This document shows positions 1 to 9,288 of a stretch of DNA of 32,000 bases, in pieces. The position numbers were made by a program, and so were the translations under genes. The notes below the pieces were generated by a model, which ran no database searches, was not told where the DNA came from, and saw only the letters and a list, made by a program, of their open reading frames with translations. The DNA comes from an uncultured archaeon. GTDB lineage: Archaea > Asgardarchaeota > Jordiarchaeia > Jordiarchaeales > Jordiarchaeaceae. Position 1 is the stretch's first letter; each line of letters begins with the position of its first letter. The stretch spans positions 3,333 to 35,332 of the forward strand of contig CAZECW010000139.1 of the NCBI GenBank assembly GCA_964510585.1, in the 5' to 3' direction.

Positions 1-418
1 CCGGATTATCCTCGTAGTCGTTTCTAATCATCCATTTTATGGCATCACTCATAGTTCTTACGTGGGTAATTATGCCTGTAGATATTGCTATGGTGTCACC
101 CTCAGGACTATAAAGGGTAAAGCACAGTTCTCCTAACTCTTGGACAATGGGGGAGGCAGATATATTCATAGATGTTTCCCGAGCACTAACTAGGGAGCCT
201 CTAATGAGCGCAAATATCCGCTCGTAAACAAGTGGGTTCTGCTCTTTATATTCTAATTTTTCTAGTCCATAGTATCTCCCCGTTTTCCGGAAGAGTTCCT
301 CGGATTCCTTCAACATTTCTTTTAGGGTTTTACCGTTCCATCCAATTTTTCTGGTTCTCGAGCCTTCTACTCCCTCAATCTCCACCAATTGTGGTTCTCT
401 AACAAAACTTGGCACCAT
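1..418 (-). CDS. acxB: Acetone carboxylase alpha subunit (hydantoinase B/oxoprolinase family), 5' part only; runs off the window start
   Basis: Not in the ORF track; translated by hand from ATG at 418: MVPSFVREPQ...GKTLKEMLKESEELFRKTGRYYGLEKLEYKEQNPLVYERIF...ARETSMNISASPIVQELGELCFTLYSPEGDTIAISTGIITHV...WMIRNDYEDNPG. This closely follows the AcxB N-terminus as I recall it (ARETAKKIAASPIVEQEGELCFTLY...STGIIIHV). The start lies 3 nt after the acxA stop. Confidence 0.9.
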   Translation of the reverse strand, partial: MVPSFVREPQLVEIEGVEGSRTRKIGWNGKTLKEMLKESEELFRKTGRYYGLEKLEYKEQNPLVYERIFALIRGSLVSARETSMNISASPIVQELGELCFTLYSPEGDTIAISTGIITHVRTMSDAIKWMIRNDYEDNP

Positions 419-421
419 TCC

Positions 422-2557
422 TCACTTCCTCCTTATGTGAAATATTCGATACTCATCTAAGTATGCGTAACAGTCTCGGGGCAGAAAGAGGGTGGTGTTG
501 GGAGATTCCACAATCGCCGTACCATTTATTACGTTTCCCGCTTTTAGTAGATCCATTTCGTACACTTCTCCGGGTGACCATTGACCCCTCCAGTAAACGT
601 CTCTCTCACCCTTAAAAGCCTCTTCAGGAGGCTTTGCACCCTTCTTTTTCTCCTTGTACAGTACTGGTTTTTTTAAGGGATACCTTCCAACCCCTATAGC
701 GTATGTTAGGTAGTAACCTGCTTCTGGAAGTTTTGCGCTTCGGGCGTAAATTTTTTCGTAGTGTTTTTCAAAGGTTTCAATTACTTTATCCATATCCTTT
801 CCTGAGAGTATCTTTTCCACGGGGGATGGAAATTCCAAGTCGGTTAGTTGACCTGCGTATTGCATTCGGACATAGGGATGGAAGGTTATTTTTCCCTTCT
901 CACAACCAGCGTCTACTAATTCTTTGAAGCATTCCTCCCTCTGAGAATCCCAGAACCCGGTGACCAGTGAACCAATAAAACTCTTAAAATCATCATTGGC
1001 ATTAGGCCAAATTGGTAGATCCGATGAGCGATCTCTTCTAGCCTCCAGATTTCCACAAGCACAGCCAAAGGCCGAAAAGGCAGCCGCCCAACTGGGAACC
1101 AATACATCCAAAAATGGAATTTCCCGAGTATAGTTTGCTGCCAGAACTGGGCCGCCCCCACCATAGGAAAGCAAAACATAGTCCACAGGTGAATAGCCTC
1201 TTCCCAATATAGCTCCGTAAACTATATCCCTCATCTGGGTCTCAAGTAACTCTACGACTCCCGCAGCAGCATCGTAAGTGTCAAGGCCCAGTTCGGATGC
1301 TACTTGTTTTTCTATCTCTCTATACGCTTTTTCCTTGTTTAGCTTTATTTCTCCGCCTAAGAAGTAGTCTGGATTCAGAACTCCCAGTACAAGCTCACAA
1401 TCGGTGATGGTAGGATACTCCACCCCGCCTTCCTCAAATGAGACTCCGATGCGATAACCAGCGCTGTCTGGACCAATCTCTACTCTCTTTGAGATTGGAT
1501 CCACTCTCACATAGCTTCCCATGCCAGCCCCTCGACTCTCTGTAGCCACCATGGGCAGATTAATCAGAAACCTGCCTATTTCTGGATTGGCTTCAATAGT
1601 GTATTCTCCGTCGGTGATTAGTCCCACATCAAAGCTCGTTCCACCAACATCAGTGCACACAATGTTTCTTAAGCCTAGGACTTCGCCCAAATATTTTCCT
1701 CCAATTATTCCGCCTATGGGACCAGAAGTCATTGAGCGAACCAACTGTTTTGTTTCTATGCTAATTGCACCCCCGTGACTTGACATGATCCGAAGTTCGA
1801 ATCTTGACCCTAGCTTTCTCAACTCCTGATCAATTTTTCTCAGTTGACTTCTTGAGCCTGCAGCTGCGTAGGCTTCTAGAGTTACCACATTCATTCTTGG
1901 AAAATCACCCCTAATAGGATGAAATTCGGAGGCTGTTATGATGGGAATATTCACCTTTCTCTCTGCCAAAACTTTTTGTGCTATTTCCTTAGCTCTGCTC
2001 TCATGAATTCCGTTCCTATAAGAAAAGAGAAAATTAATAACGATAGCCTCAACTCCCAAGTCTAATAGTTCTTTAACAGCTGATTCCACCTCGTGCTCAT
2101 AAAGTGGGATTACAATATCACCCATAACATCTATCCTCTCCCTAACTCCTCGAATGAGCTCCTCGGGTATAAGCGGCTCATTGTGAATGTGGGTGGCAGC
2201 ATGAAACCGATCCTGGTAGGAGTATCCCATATAGGTTTGTTTAGCTCTCTCCAAGCGGAAATAATGCTCCATTCCCTTCGTTACTATGGCTCCCACTTTG
2301 CTGCCTTTCCTCTCAAGAACCCTGTTGAGCATAGTGGTTCCGGAGTAGATAGCAGTTTCGAGGTTGGGAACAGTGTCTTCAGCCTTCATATCCCAGTAAC
2401 TCAAAGCATTGCTCAGCGAGGCCAAGAAACCTATAGACTCATCATAAGGGGTGCTTCGCGCCTTGCCAATGGTAAAGCGGCCTTCCTCATCTATCACTAT
2501 CGTATCAGTCATCGTGCCGCCAGCATCGATTGCCAGGACATTTGGAACCTTTACCAA
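422..2557 (-). CDS. acxA: Acetone carboxylase beta subunit (hydantoinase A/oxoprolinase family)
   Basis: 711 aa with IDAGGTMTD, YSGTTMLNRV, SGPIGG, DVGGTSFDV, GPDSAGYRIGV, LLSYGGGGP, AFSAFG and MQYAGQLTDLE motifs, collinear with AcxA; directly upstream of acxB. Confidence 0.9.
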   Translation of the reverse strand: MVKVPNVLAIDAGGTMTDTIVIDEEGRFTIGKARSTPYDESIGFLASLSNALSYWDMKAEDTVPNLETAIYSGTTMLNRVLERKGSKVGAIVTKGMEHYFRLERAKQTYMGYSYQDRFHAATHIHNEPLIPEELIRGVRERIDVMGDIVIPLYEHEVESAVKELLDLGVEAIVINFLFSYRNGIHESRAKEIAQKVLAERKVNIPIITASEFHPIRGDFPRMNVVTLEAYAAAGSRSQLRKIDQELRKLGSRFELRIMSSHGGAISIETKQLVRSMTSGPIGGIIGGKYLGEVLGLRNIVCTDVGGTSFDVGLITDGEYTIEANPEIGRFLINLPMVATESRGAGMGSYVRVDPISKRVEIGPDSAGYRIGVSFEEGGVEYPTITDCELVLGVLNPDYFLGGEIKLNKEKAYREIEKQVASELGLDTYDAAAGVVELLETQMRDIVYGAILGRGYSPVDYVLLSYGGGGPVLAANYTREIPFLDVLVPSWAAAFSAFGCACGNLEARRDRSSDLPIWPNANDDFKSFIGSLVTGFWDSQREECFKELVDAGCEKGKITFHPYVRMQYAGQLTDLEFPSPVEKILSGKDMDKVIETFEKHYEKIYARSAKLPEAGYYLTYAIGVGRYPLKKPVLYKEKKKGAKPPEEAFKGERDVYWRGQWSPGEVYEMDLLKAGNVINGTAIVESPNTTLFLPRDCYAYLDEYRIFHIRRK

Positions 2558-2943
2558 TTTTTACCACCAATTATTTCCAATCAAAAACAGTTCATAGCTT
2601 ATATGACGAAACTGGTGTTATTTTAATTTAAGTTCCTACTTTTTCATTATTCACAGATATAAAATTATCTCCTGATTTGTCAAGTGGCAAACTCTATAAA
2701 TTTTTTAATATATTTTATTTGTAAATTAAAAAATTTTCAAAAAATTAAGAAAAAATTATAAAAACAAAAATCTAATTCACTTGCATCAATTTAAGGAGTG
2801 TGGTGGCAAAAACGTATACTTCCCGTTTACGGTAAAAAATTCAATTTGGCAAATTTGTCGAAGAATAGAAATCATATCGCAAGACGACTCTAGTGCCCAG
2901 TCAGAAGCGGGATGACAGAAATGTTACTCACGATAATAATTTT

Positions 2944-3576
2944 TTAGTAACCATTGGGCAGGGATTCTACAAATGAGTAGTCTAATTTTATGTTTTCATT
3001 TGCGTTTCCGATGACAGGTACATCGTGGCCTGGTAGGAGTATCTCAACATCCAGCTCTGTTAGTCTTTTTATTGATTTCTTAAGCTCGAGTATGTCGCCT
3101 CCAGGTATGTCTGTGCGCCCCACCCCGTAAGCAAAAATGGTGTCTCCTGAAAAAAGAATCTTTTTATCCGAATTGTATAGACAGATGCTGCCCGGGGAAT
3201 GACCTGGGGTATGGATAACTTTGAAATTCATATTCCCAAGCTGTATTATGTCTCCGTCCTTCAGTTTGACTTGAACCTCAAATCCCGCCTTTTTCTCAAT
3301 GTAGGCTGCCTCGATTTCGTGAATCATTACTTCAGCTGCACAGAAATCCACTACTTCAAGCACTCCACCAATGTGGTCTGGGTGGAAGTGAGTTATTACC
3401 AATTTTTTTATGTTCCGAGGGTCTAGGCCCAGAGATTCAATATCCTTGATGAAGTGGCTCCTGAAATCCCCGGTTAAGCCGGAATCAATTAGTGCCAGTT
3501 CACCCTTGCCAACAACGTAAACGTTTGATCCCCAGGAACGCCCAGGAATCATTGCTATTTGGTCAATTATCTCCAT
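2944..3576 (-). CDS. MBL-fold metallo-hydrolase (glyoxalase II-like)
   Basis: THFHPDHIGG, HTPGHSPGS, LFSGDT and LLPGH motifs. ATG 3576 preferred because AGGGTGA lies upstream; the track starts at GTG 3588. Confidence 0.88.
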   Translation of the reverse strand: MEIIDQIAMIPGRSWGSNVYVVGKGELALIDSGLTGDFRSHFIKDIESLGLDPRNIKKLVITHFHPDHIGGVLEVVDFCAAEVMIHEIEAAYIEKKAGFEVQVKLKDGDIIQLGNMNFKVIHTPGHSPGSICLYNSDKKILFSGDTIFAYGVGRTDIPGGDILELKKSIKRLTELDVEILLPGHDVPVIGNANENIKLDYSFVESLPNGY

Positions 3577-3756
3577 TTCAAATTTCACCCTTTTCTCGGA
3601 AGATTAACTATACAAATACCCAAATACATTTATATTTTCGCCCAGTTTGAGAATCTGGGTTTAGTGGTTTGATTTTTAAGTGCAGGGGAAATGTTATCTT
3701 TAAAGATTTTGATTATCAAATGTTATTCTACCAAAGTGTTGGAGGTTTAGTTAGTT

Positions 3757-4176
3757 ATGCCGAGTGTGGAAGAGCTTTTGGAGAAGGCTAAGGGTTTCTA
3801 TCCTAAACACCCAGACCTTATGAGGCACCTTGAGATAGGAGCGCTATGGGAGTATCATATTCGCCCCTTCACACTGGACAGCAACGATAAACTCATCTTC
3901 CACTTAACGAAGCTCTCCGAGGATGAAATCAGATTTGAACAGGGACCTGCACCAGAAAAGCCAGATTTAATACTTTATTTTACCGAGAACGCCATGGTGA
4001 AACTGGTCGATGAATCAAATGATGCTGACACCTATTATGAGAAGTATCGTGAAATACTCAAAAACCCCGACGTAGGAGTGGAACTAGACTACAAAATAAA
4101 TAAACCCCGCCTAAAACTCTTCAGAATGGGCTACAAAGAATGGGCTGAAACCTACAAGTTCCAAGCTTGGACCTAA
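3757..4176 (+). CDS. Hypothetical protein, possible SCP2 (sterol carrier/lipid-binding) fold
   Basis: 139 aa with a GGAGG RBS. The pattern LWEYHI / LIFHL / IRFEQG / KPDLILYFTENAMVKLV resembles SCP2 strands plus the 'PD-h-x-h...helix' segment. The fold call is pattern-based only. Confidence 0.6.
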   Translation: MPSVEELLEKAKGFYPKHPDLMRHLEIGALWEYHIRPFTLDSNDKLIFHLTKLSEDEIRFEQGPAPEKPDLILYFTENAMVKLVDESNDADTYYEKYREILKNPDVGVELDYKINKPRLKLFRMGYKEWAETYKFQAWT

Positions 4177-4212
4177 ACCAAAAAATTGAGGATTTACCCT
4201 GACTTAGAGCAT

Positions 4213-4485
4213 TTAATAAAATATTTTATCAGATCTTTTCATCTTTAGGTATTCTTCTATGTAGGCTCTTAGCCCTTTTTCTCCAGCGGCTTGGATGGCT
4301 AATTCTTTGTCACCGATTATCTTCAATTCTACTTCGTCTAGGGAGTAGTCGGAATCCAAAGAGTCGTCATTAGCAATATCTACTCTTAGCGAGTTGCCCA
4401 CCCTCACTGTGCACTTCCTTTTCCCCTCTTCAATCCTCGTTACGTATTCCCCTGTGAGGTAATCCCAACCCTTGGTTACCTTCAT
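4213..4485 (-). CDS. Small hypothetical protein
   Basis: GAGGTG RBS 9 nt before ATG 4485 (track starts at 4497); convergent with the upstream gene; no recognisable family. Confidence 0.65.
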   Translation of the reverse strand: MKVTKGWDYLTGEYVTRIEEGKRKCTVRVGNSLRVDIANDDSLDSDYSLDEVELKIIGDKELAIQAAGEKGLRAYIEEYLKMKRSDKIFY

Positions 4486-4706
4486 ATCAAATAACACCTC
4501 TCACAATCTAATCCATTGGGAATAAAAGTATTTTTTCTTTGCCCCTTATCGGATACTGTTTTTGAGAATTTTTCAAACAGAAAATATTTACACCAAATTA
4601 TTTCAACAATTTTACAAATACTTTTTTAAACAAATTTATTAGAACGAAAAATAACAATTTTATATTCTTAGAATTGTGATGGTTTTGGAATATTAGAGGT
4701 GGTTTC

Positions 4707-5353
4707 TTGAGTGAAGTCTTGAATAAAATTGCCAAGTCTATCGAAGAGTTGGATGGAAAAGAAGCCGAGAAATTGGTGAGGAAGGCTCTGGACGAGGGCG
4801 TTGACCCGGTTAAGATTTTGGAGGATGGAATTATAGCCGGAGTCAGAGCCATTGGAGAAAAGTTTGAAAAAAGGAGTACTTTTTAGCCGAACTTTACGAA
4901 GGCGGTGAAATAGCGGAGAAACTGGTGGAAATTGTGGGACCTAGGATACCCAAGGAGGCAGGTGGGGCACGCAAGAGAGTGGTTATTGGCACAGTGCACG
5001 GAGACCTACATGATATAGGTAAGAATCTTGTAGCTATGCAGCTTACCATGGCGGGCTTTGAAGTTAGAGATCTAGGCATAGATGTTCCCGCAATGAGATT
5101 CATCGAGGAGGCGGAGAACTTCAAAGCAGATATTATAGCTATGTCATCTCTCTTGATGGCCACAATGATGAATATGGCAGAAGTTGTGAACCTTCTAAAA
5201 GAGCTTGGCTTGAGAGACAAATACAAAGTACTGGTGGGCGGTGGACCCATAAATCCCGCTTTAGCTCAAATGTTTGGAGCAGACGGATACGCTGAGAACG
5301 CTGTGGAAGCGGTAAAGGTCGCCAAAAAGTTGGTGGGCTTAGGAGGTGCTTAA
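4707..5353 (+). pseudogene. Methyltransferase cognate corrinoid protein (MtmC/MtbC-like), interrupted by a 1-nt frameshift in an A6 run at 4867-4872
   Basis: TTG 4707 (RBS AGAGGTGG) reads MSEVLNKIAKSIEELDGKEAEKLVRKALDEGVDPVKILEDGIIAGVRAIGEKFEK (B12 cap domain) and then stops at TAG 4884-4886. The -1 frame continues KEYFLAELYEGGEIAEKLVEIVGP...GTVHGDLHDIGKNLV (DxHxxG)...SSLL...VGGG. One extra A gives a normal 215-aa protein. This could be a sequencing error rather than a true pseudogene. Confidence 0.85.
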
Positions 5354-5356
5354 AAA

Positions 5357-6727
5357 ATGGTTAGAATAAAAGACATACAGGAAAGAGCTCTAACAGGACC
5401 AGTTATGAAGGAGAGAGAATATGATAAAATGCTTTCCAAAAGGGTTCGCGAATTAGTAAAAGACTACGACATAAAATTTGACATGAACCAGATTATTCCA
5501 GATGACAGTGTGGCTGACGATGTTTTCAAAGCAGGATTCGACCTCCTAATAGACGTAGGCATCTACCATCTGGACACTAACAGGAATATAAAATTCACAG
5601 AGAACGAAATAAAAGAGATGATTAAAAGCCGTCCCAGTGAGGTAAAATTCGGAACCGGCAAAGACCAAATAACAATCAAGAATAGAAAACCCGAGGAAAA
5701 GACGAAACCAGTGATAACCACTGGAGGAGGCATTCTCAGCGAAGACATGTTCCTCCCGATAGTAAAATCCTGCGCGCAAGAACCTACATGTCAGGGAATT
5801 AACGGCTTCAGCTTAATTAGCGCATGGGGCCTAGATAACAAAACGGGAACTCCGGGGGAAATTATGTGTGCCATAGCTGAGGGATTATGGAACAGGGAAG
5901 CTGTAAAAACCGTAGGAAAACCAGGTCTTTATATAGGCTTAGCAGGGGCTAGCGCACTATCACCCGCAGGAGCCATAGCAGCCTTCCACCCTGACGGGTA
6001 CACCAAAGAAAACGCGCAGATACCCATACACCTCTTCAACGAACTCAAACTAACTTGGAGCAGATTCATACTAGCCACATATGCTCGACTAAACGGTATA
6101 GTGCCCTGGACTTCTTACGGTGCGGCCATAGGACTCCTCTTCCGAAATTCTGAGGAGGCATCTGTAGGAGCCATCGCCGCTCTGCTAGCGGAACTAGCCT
6201 ATGGGCAGGGGTCCCTCTGTATGGGCGGCGGCATGGGATCAGATGGCATGGTAATGAGAAGAGAGTCCCTAGCCTCGGGTGCTACTTGCACGTTAGCTTT
6301 GACTAATAATCTTCATGTCCCTGTGGGAGGGGTGGGCGGCGGTGGCGGTTACGCAGGACCTTGCACCGAGATGCGTGTTTACGAAATCGCAATAATAAAT
6401 CTGATGAGTGTAGCATCAGGAGCCGGCTGGCTCTGGTACAGTGGAACTCTAAGAACATTGATTAACTACTGCACTGGTATGGAGGGTAGAATAATGGGTG
6501 AAACAGCCCGCGCCATAGCTGGAATGAAAAGAGCCGACGCCAACGAATTAATAAATAAACTCTTACCCAAAATAGAAGACAAGGAAAACCCGGAAAAAGC
6601 ACCTATAGGTAAGAGCTTCATGGAATGCTATGATATCAAAACCTTAACTCCATCAAAAGAATACACAGACCTCTACGCAAGGGTAAAAAAGGAACTCATA
6701 GATTACGGCATAGAGTACGAGTACTAA
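5357..6727 (+). CDS. mtmB: Monomethylamine methyltransferase MtmB-family protein without pyrrolysine; substrate unknown
   Basis: 456 aa, uninterrupted. FNELK, AGPCTEM, TGMEGRIMGETARAIAG and APIGKSFMECYDIKTLTPSKEY match MtmB segments. There is no in-frame TAG at the Pyl site (GKPGLYIGLAG versus GRPGMGV-O-GP). It lies 3 nt after the corrinoid gene. The symbol denotes family only. Confidence 0.85.
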   Translation: MVRIKDIQERALTGPVMKEREYDKMLSKRVRELVKDYDIKFDMNQIIPDDSVADDVFKAGFDLLIDVGIYHLDTNRNIKFTENEIKEMIKSRPSEVKFGTGKDQITIKNRKPEEKTKPVITTGGGILSEDMFLPIVKSCAQEPTCQGINGFSLISAWGLDNKTGTPGEIMCAIAEGLWNREAVKTVGKPGLYIGLAGASALSPAGAIAAFHPDGYTKENAQIPIHLFNELKLTWSRFILATYARLNGIVPWTSYGAAIGLLFRNSEEASVGAIAALLAELAYGQGSLCMGGGMGSDGMVMRRESLASGATCTLALTNNLHVPVGGVGGGGGYAGPCTEMRVYEIAIINLMSVASGAGWLWYSGTLRTLINYCTGMEGRIMGETARAIAGMKRADANELINKLLPKIEDKENPEKAPIGKSFMECYDIKTLTPSKEYTDLYARVKKELIDYGIEYEY

Positions 6728-6760
6728 TCGCGCTCCAGCAATCCAAAACTTACACACATC

Positions 6761-6773
6761 CACCTCTTTTTTT
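6761..6773 (+). terminator. Probable archaeal oligo-T terminator after the corrinoid-mtmB operon
   Basis: CACCTC-T7 about 35 nt after the stop. The same pyrimidine-rich + T6-7 pattern follows the stops at 11841, 18956, 22352 and 24087. Confidence 0.45.
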
Positions 6774-7177
6774 GCGGTATAATCCCCAAATTAGATTTGT
6801 TAGAAAATATAAATCTTTACAAAAATAGGCCTCGCCTGAATCCAAACTATTAATATATGTAAAAGTTTTTGGTGTAACTCTCTTAATGTTTGAATTTGTG
6901 GAGGGTTTTTTACACCTTTTTCTAAAAGTCGTTTTTTCCTCCTTTTTGCTCAAAGAAACCATTTTATGTCTTCTTTCATAGAGAGACTTTAACTCAAAAA
7001 ACCCAAACATCCTCCAGTTGAACACATTCCAAAAAAGACTTTTTACACGCCCTCATAAGTTCTAGAAATTGATATAAGTTTGGTGCCCTGTCTCTAAACT
7101 TAAAGAATTGTTAACCAGGCATCGTCGCAAACCAATTCCCAAAATTTACCTTGAAAATCAAGGAAGGGTAATATTGT

Positions 7178-9175
7178 TTGGAGGACTCGAAAATGTTGTT
7201 GTTTGACCCCATCAAGATTGGAAGCATGGAGATAAGAAATAGAATATTTTTACCAGCAATGCATTTGGGCTACTGTGTGAATAACTTTGTGGATGATAGG
7301 ATTGTTAATTTCTATGAGGCCCGTGCTAAGGGTGGTGCAGGCTTGATTATGGTTGGCGGCTGCGCCACTGAGCCTCTGGGAACCGGGTTGCCCAACATGA
7401 TGAGTTTAAGTGATGACAAATATATTCCGGGTATGAGGAGATTGGCTGAAGCTATAAAGAGGCATGGATCTAAAGCTGCTGTTCAACTTTTACATGTGGG
7501 TCCACAGACTTGGACTTTTATTCTTGGCACTCAGCCTGTTTCTGCCTCAGCCATAAAGTGTAAGCTGACTGGTGAAATGCCCCGGGAGATGACTATTCAG
7601 GAAATTGAGCAGAGTGTTGAGAATTTTGCTTTAGCGGCAAAGAGGGCTAAGAGTGCTGGATTTGATGCTGTTGAAATCATTGGGGGAGTGGGCTATTTGG
7701 TGGCTCGCTTCTTATCGCCAAGAACCAATGTGCGAAAGGATCGGTATGGGGGAAGCGTTCAGGGAAGAGTCAGGTTTGCAGTAGAGATTATTGAACGTAT
7801 TAAGGAGAAGTTGGGCAGAGACTTTCCCGTGATTTTTAAGCTTTCTGGCGACGAGTTTATGGAGGGTGGAAACACCATTGAAGAAACTAAGGTTATCGCA
7901 AAGGAACTTGAGAAGGCTGGTGCCGACTGTTTTAATGTGGCTGTGGCTTGGCATGAATCCCCTGTCCCTCAAATCACCATGAATGTTCCAAGGGGCGCCT
8001 TTGCCTATCTCGCCGAGAAGGTTCGCGAGGTGGTAAGCGTCCCTGTTATTGCAGGAAACAGGATTAACGACCCCCTTGTTGCTGAGAAGATTTTGAGGGA
8101 GGGCAAGGCAGACATCATCTCTCTAGGTAGAGCGCTCATCGCGGATCCCGAATTTCCAATAAAGGCTAAGGAGGGAAGATTTGCGGAGATCAGGAAATGC
8201 TTGGCGTGTAACCAGGGATGCTTTGATCATGTATTCTCAGCTCAACCAGTGGAGTGCCTAGTCAACCCTGATGTTTCAAGGGAAGCGGAGTACCAAATTA
8301 AACCTGCAGCAAAAAGAAAGAAAGTTTTGATTGCTGGAGGCGGTCCTGCAGGTATGGAGACTGCAAGAGTTGCTAAACTTAGGGGACATGATGTAACCCT
8401 CTATGAGAAGAGCGACAGGCTTGGAGGACAGCTGAGCTGGGCTGCGGTTCCTAAGGAAAGAAGGGAATTGGGAAACCTTGTAGATTACCTAGCGTACCAG
8501 ATGCAGTTACTAAATGTTAATGTAGTTTTGGGGAAGGAGGTTACCCCAGAAGTTGTTAAACAGTTGAACCCGGATGTACTGGTTGTAGCCACGGGAGTAA
8601 ACTGGATTGTACCGGATATACCGGGCGTTGATAGGCCCAATGTGGTAATGGCTCTAGACGTATTGGCTGATAGGGTGTCCGTTGGCAAAAAAGTGGTAAT
8701 TATTGGAGGTGGTGGCGTGGGCTGCGAAACCGGGCTTTACCTTGCGGAGAAGGGTTCCATAGATGCAGAAACCATGCTCTTCCTTGTTAAATGGGGAGCT
8801 ATGGATCTTGAGAGCGCCTACAAGCTGACTAAGAGCAATAAGGAAATTGTGATAGTGGAAATGCTGGACAAAATGGGACAGGATATTGGGGGTAGTACTC
8901 GCTGGACAATACTGAAAAGCCTTTCCCAAAGTGGAGTGAAAATGCTAACAAACTCCAAGGTAAAAGAAATAACCGAGAAGGGTGTAAAGCTGGATAATGG
9001 GGATGTCTTGGAAGCCGACACCGTTGTTATAGCAGTTGGATCAAAGCAGAACAATGAACTCTTCGAAAAAATGAGGGGCAAAGTCCCAGAAATCTATGCG
9101 GTGGGAGACTGCGTAACTCCCAGAAAAGCCATGGACGCAATGCACGAAGCGGCAGCAGTAGCCAGAAAAATATAA
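7178..9175 (+). CDS. fadH: NADH:flavin oxidoreductase, 2,4-dienoyl-CoA reductase (FadH) type: OYE barrel + [4Fe-4S] + FAD/NAD(P) domain
   Basis: GYLVARFLSPRTNVRKDRYGGS carries the FadH Tyr. WHESPVPQITMNVPRGAF matches FadH WHEARIPTI...VPRGAF. CLACNQGC...C is the cluster motif; GGGPAG and GGGGVG are dinucleotide motifs. The start may be ATG 7193. Confidence 0.82.
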   Translation: MEDSKMLLFDPIKIGSMEIRNRIFLPAMHLGYCVNNFVDDRIVNFYEARAKGGAGLIMVGGCATEPLGTGLPNMMSLSDDKYIPGMRRLAEAIKRHGSKAAVQLLHVGPQTWTFILGTQPVSASAIKCKLTGEMPREMTIQEIEQSVENFALAAKRAKSAGFDAVEIIGGVGYLVARFLSPRTNVRKDRYGGSVQGRVRFAVEIIERIKEKLGRDFPVIFKLSGDEFMEGGNTIEETKVIAKELEKAGADCFNVAVAWHESPVPQITMNVPRGAFAYLAEKVREVVSVPVIAGNRINDPLVAEKILREGKADIISLGRALIADPEFPIKAKEGRFAEIRKCLACNQGCFDHVFSAQPVECLVNPDVSREAEYQIKPAAKRKKVLIAGGGPAGMETARVAKLRGHDVTLYEKSDRLGGQLSWAAVPKERRELGNLVDYLAYQMQLLNVNVVLGKEVTPEVVKQLNPDVLVVATGVNWIVPDIPGVDRPNVVMALDVLADRVSVGKKVVIIGGGGVGCETGLYLAEKGSIDAETMLFLVKWGAMDLESAYKLTKSNKEIVIVEMLDKMGQDIGGSTRWTILKSLSQSGVKMLTNSKVKEITEKGVKLDNGDVLEADTVVIAVGSKQNNELFEKMRGKVPEIYAVGDCVTPRKAMDAMHEAAAVARKI

Positions 9176-9288
9176 ATTACAGATAGTAGGCAGAACTCTT
9201 CCAAAGCCAAAATACCTTTGCAGATATTTTGGGGTTGAAGCTGTAAAGTTACCCAAAGATTAATATCTATGAAGGCATTAATAACCCA

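Noticed and set aside
4884-4886. TAG after the corrinoid cap domain as a pyrrolysine codon, tempting next to mtmB
   Set aside because: Readthrough gives PNFTKAVK and a second TAG at 4911. Homology continues only in the -1 frame, so this is a frameshift, not amber recoding.
6750-7025. 91-aa minus-strand ORF between mtmB and fadH
   Set aside because: No recognisable motif or clear RBS, and it spans AT-rich terminator/promoter DNA; probably spurious.
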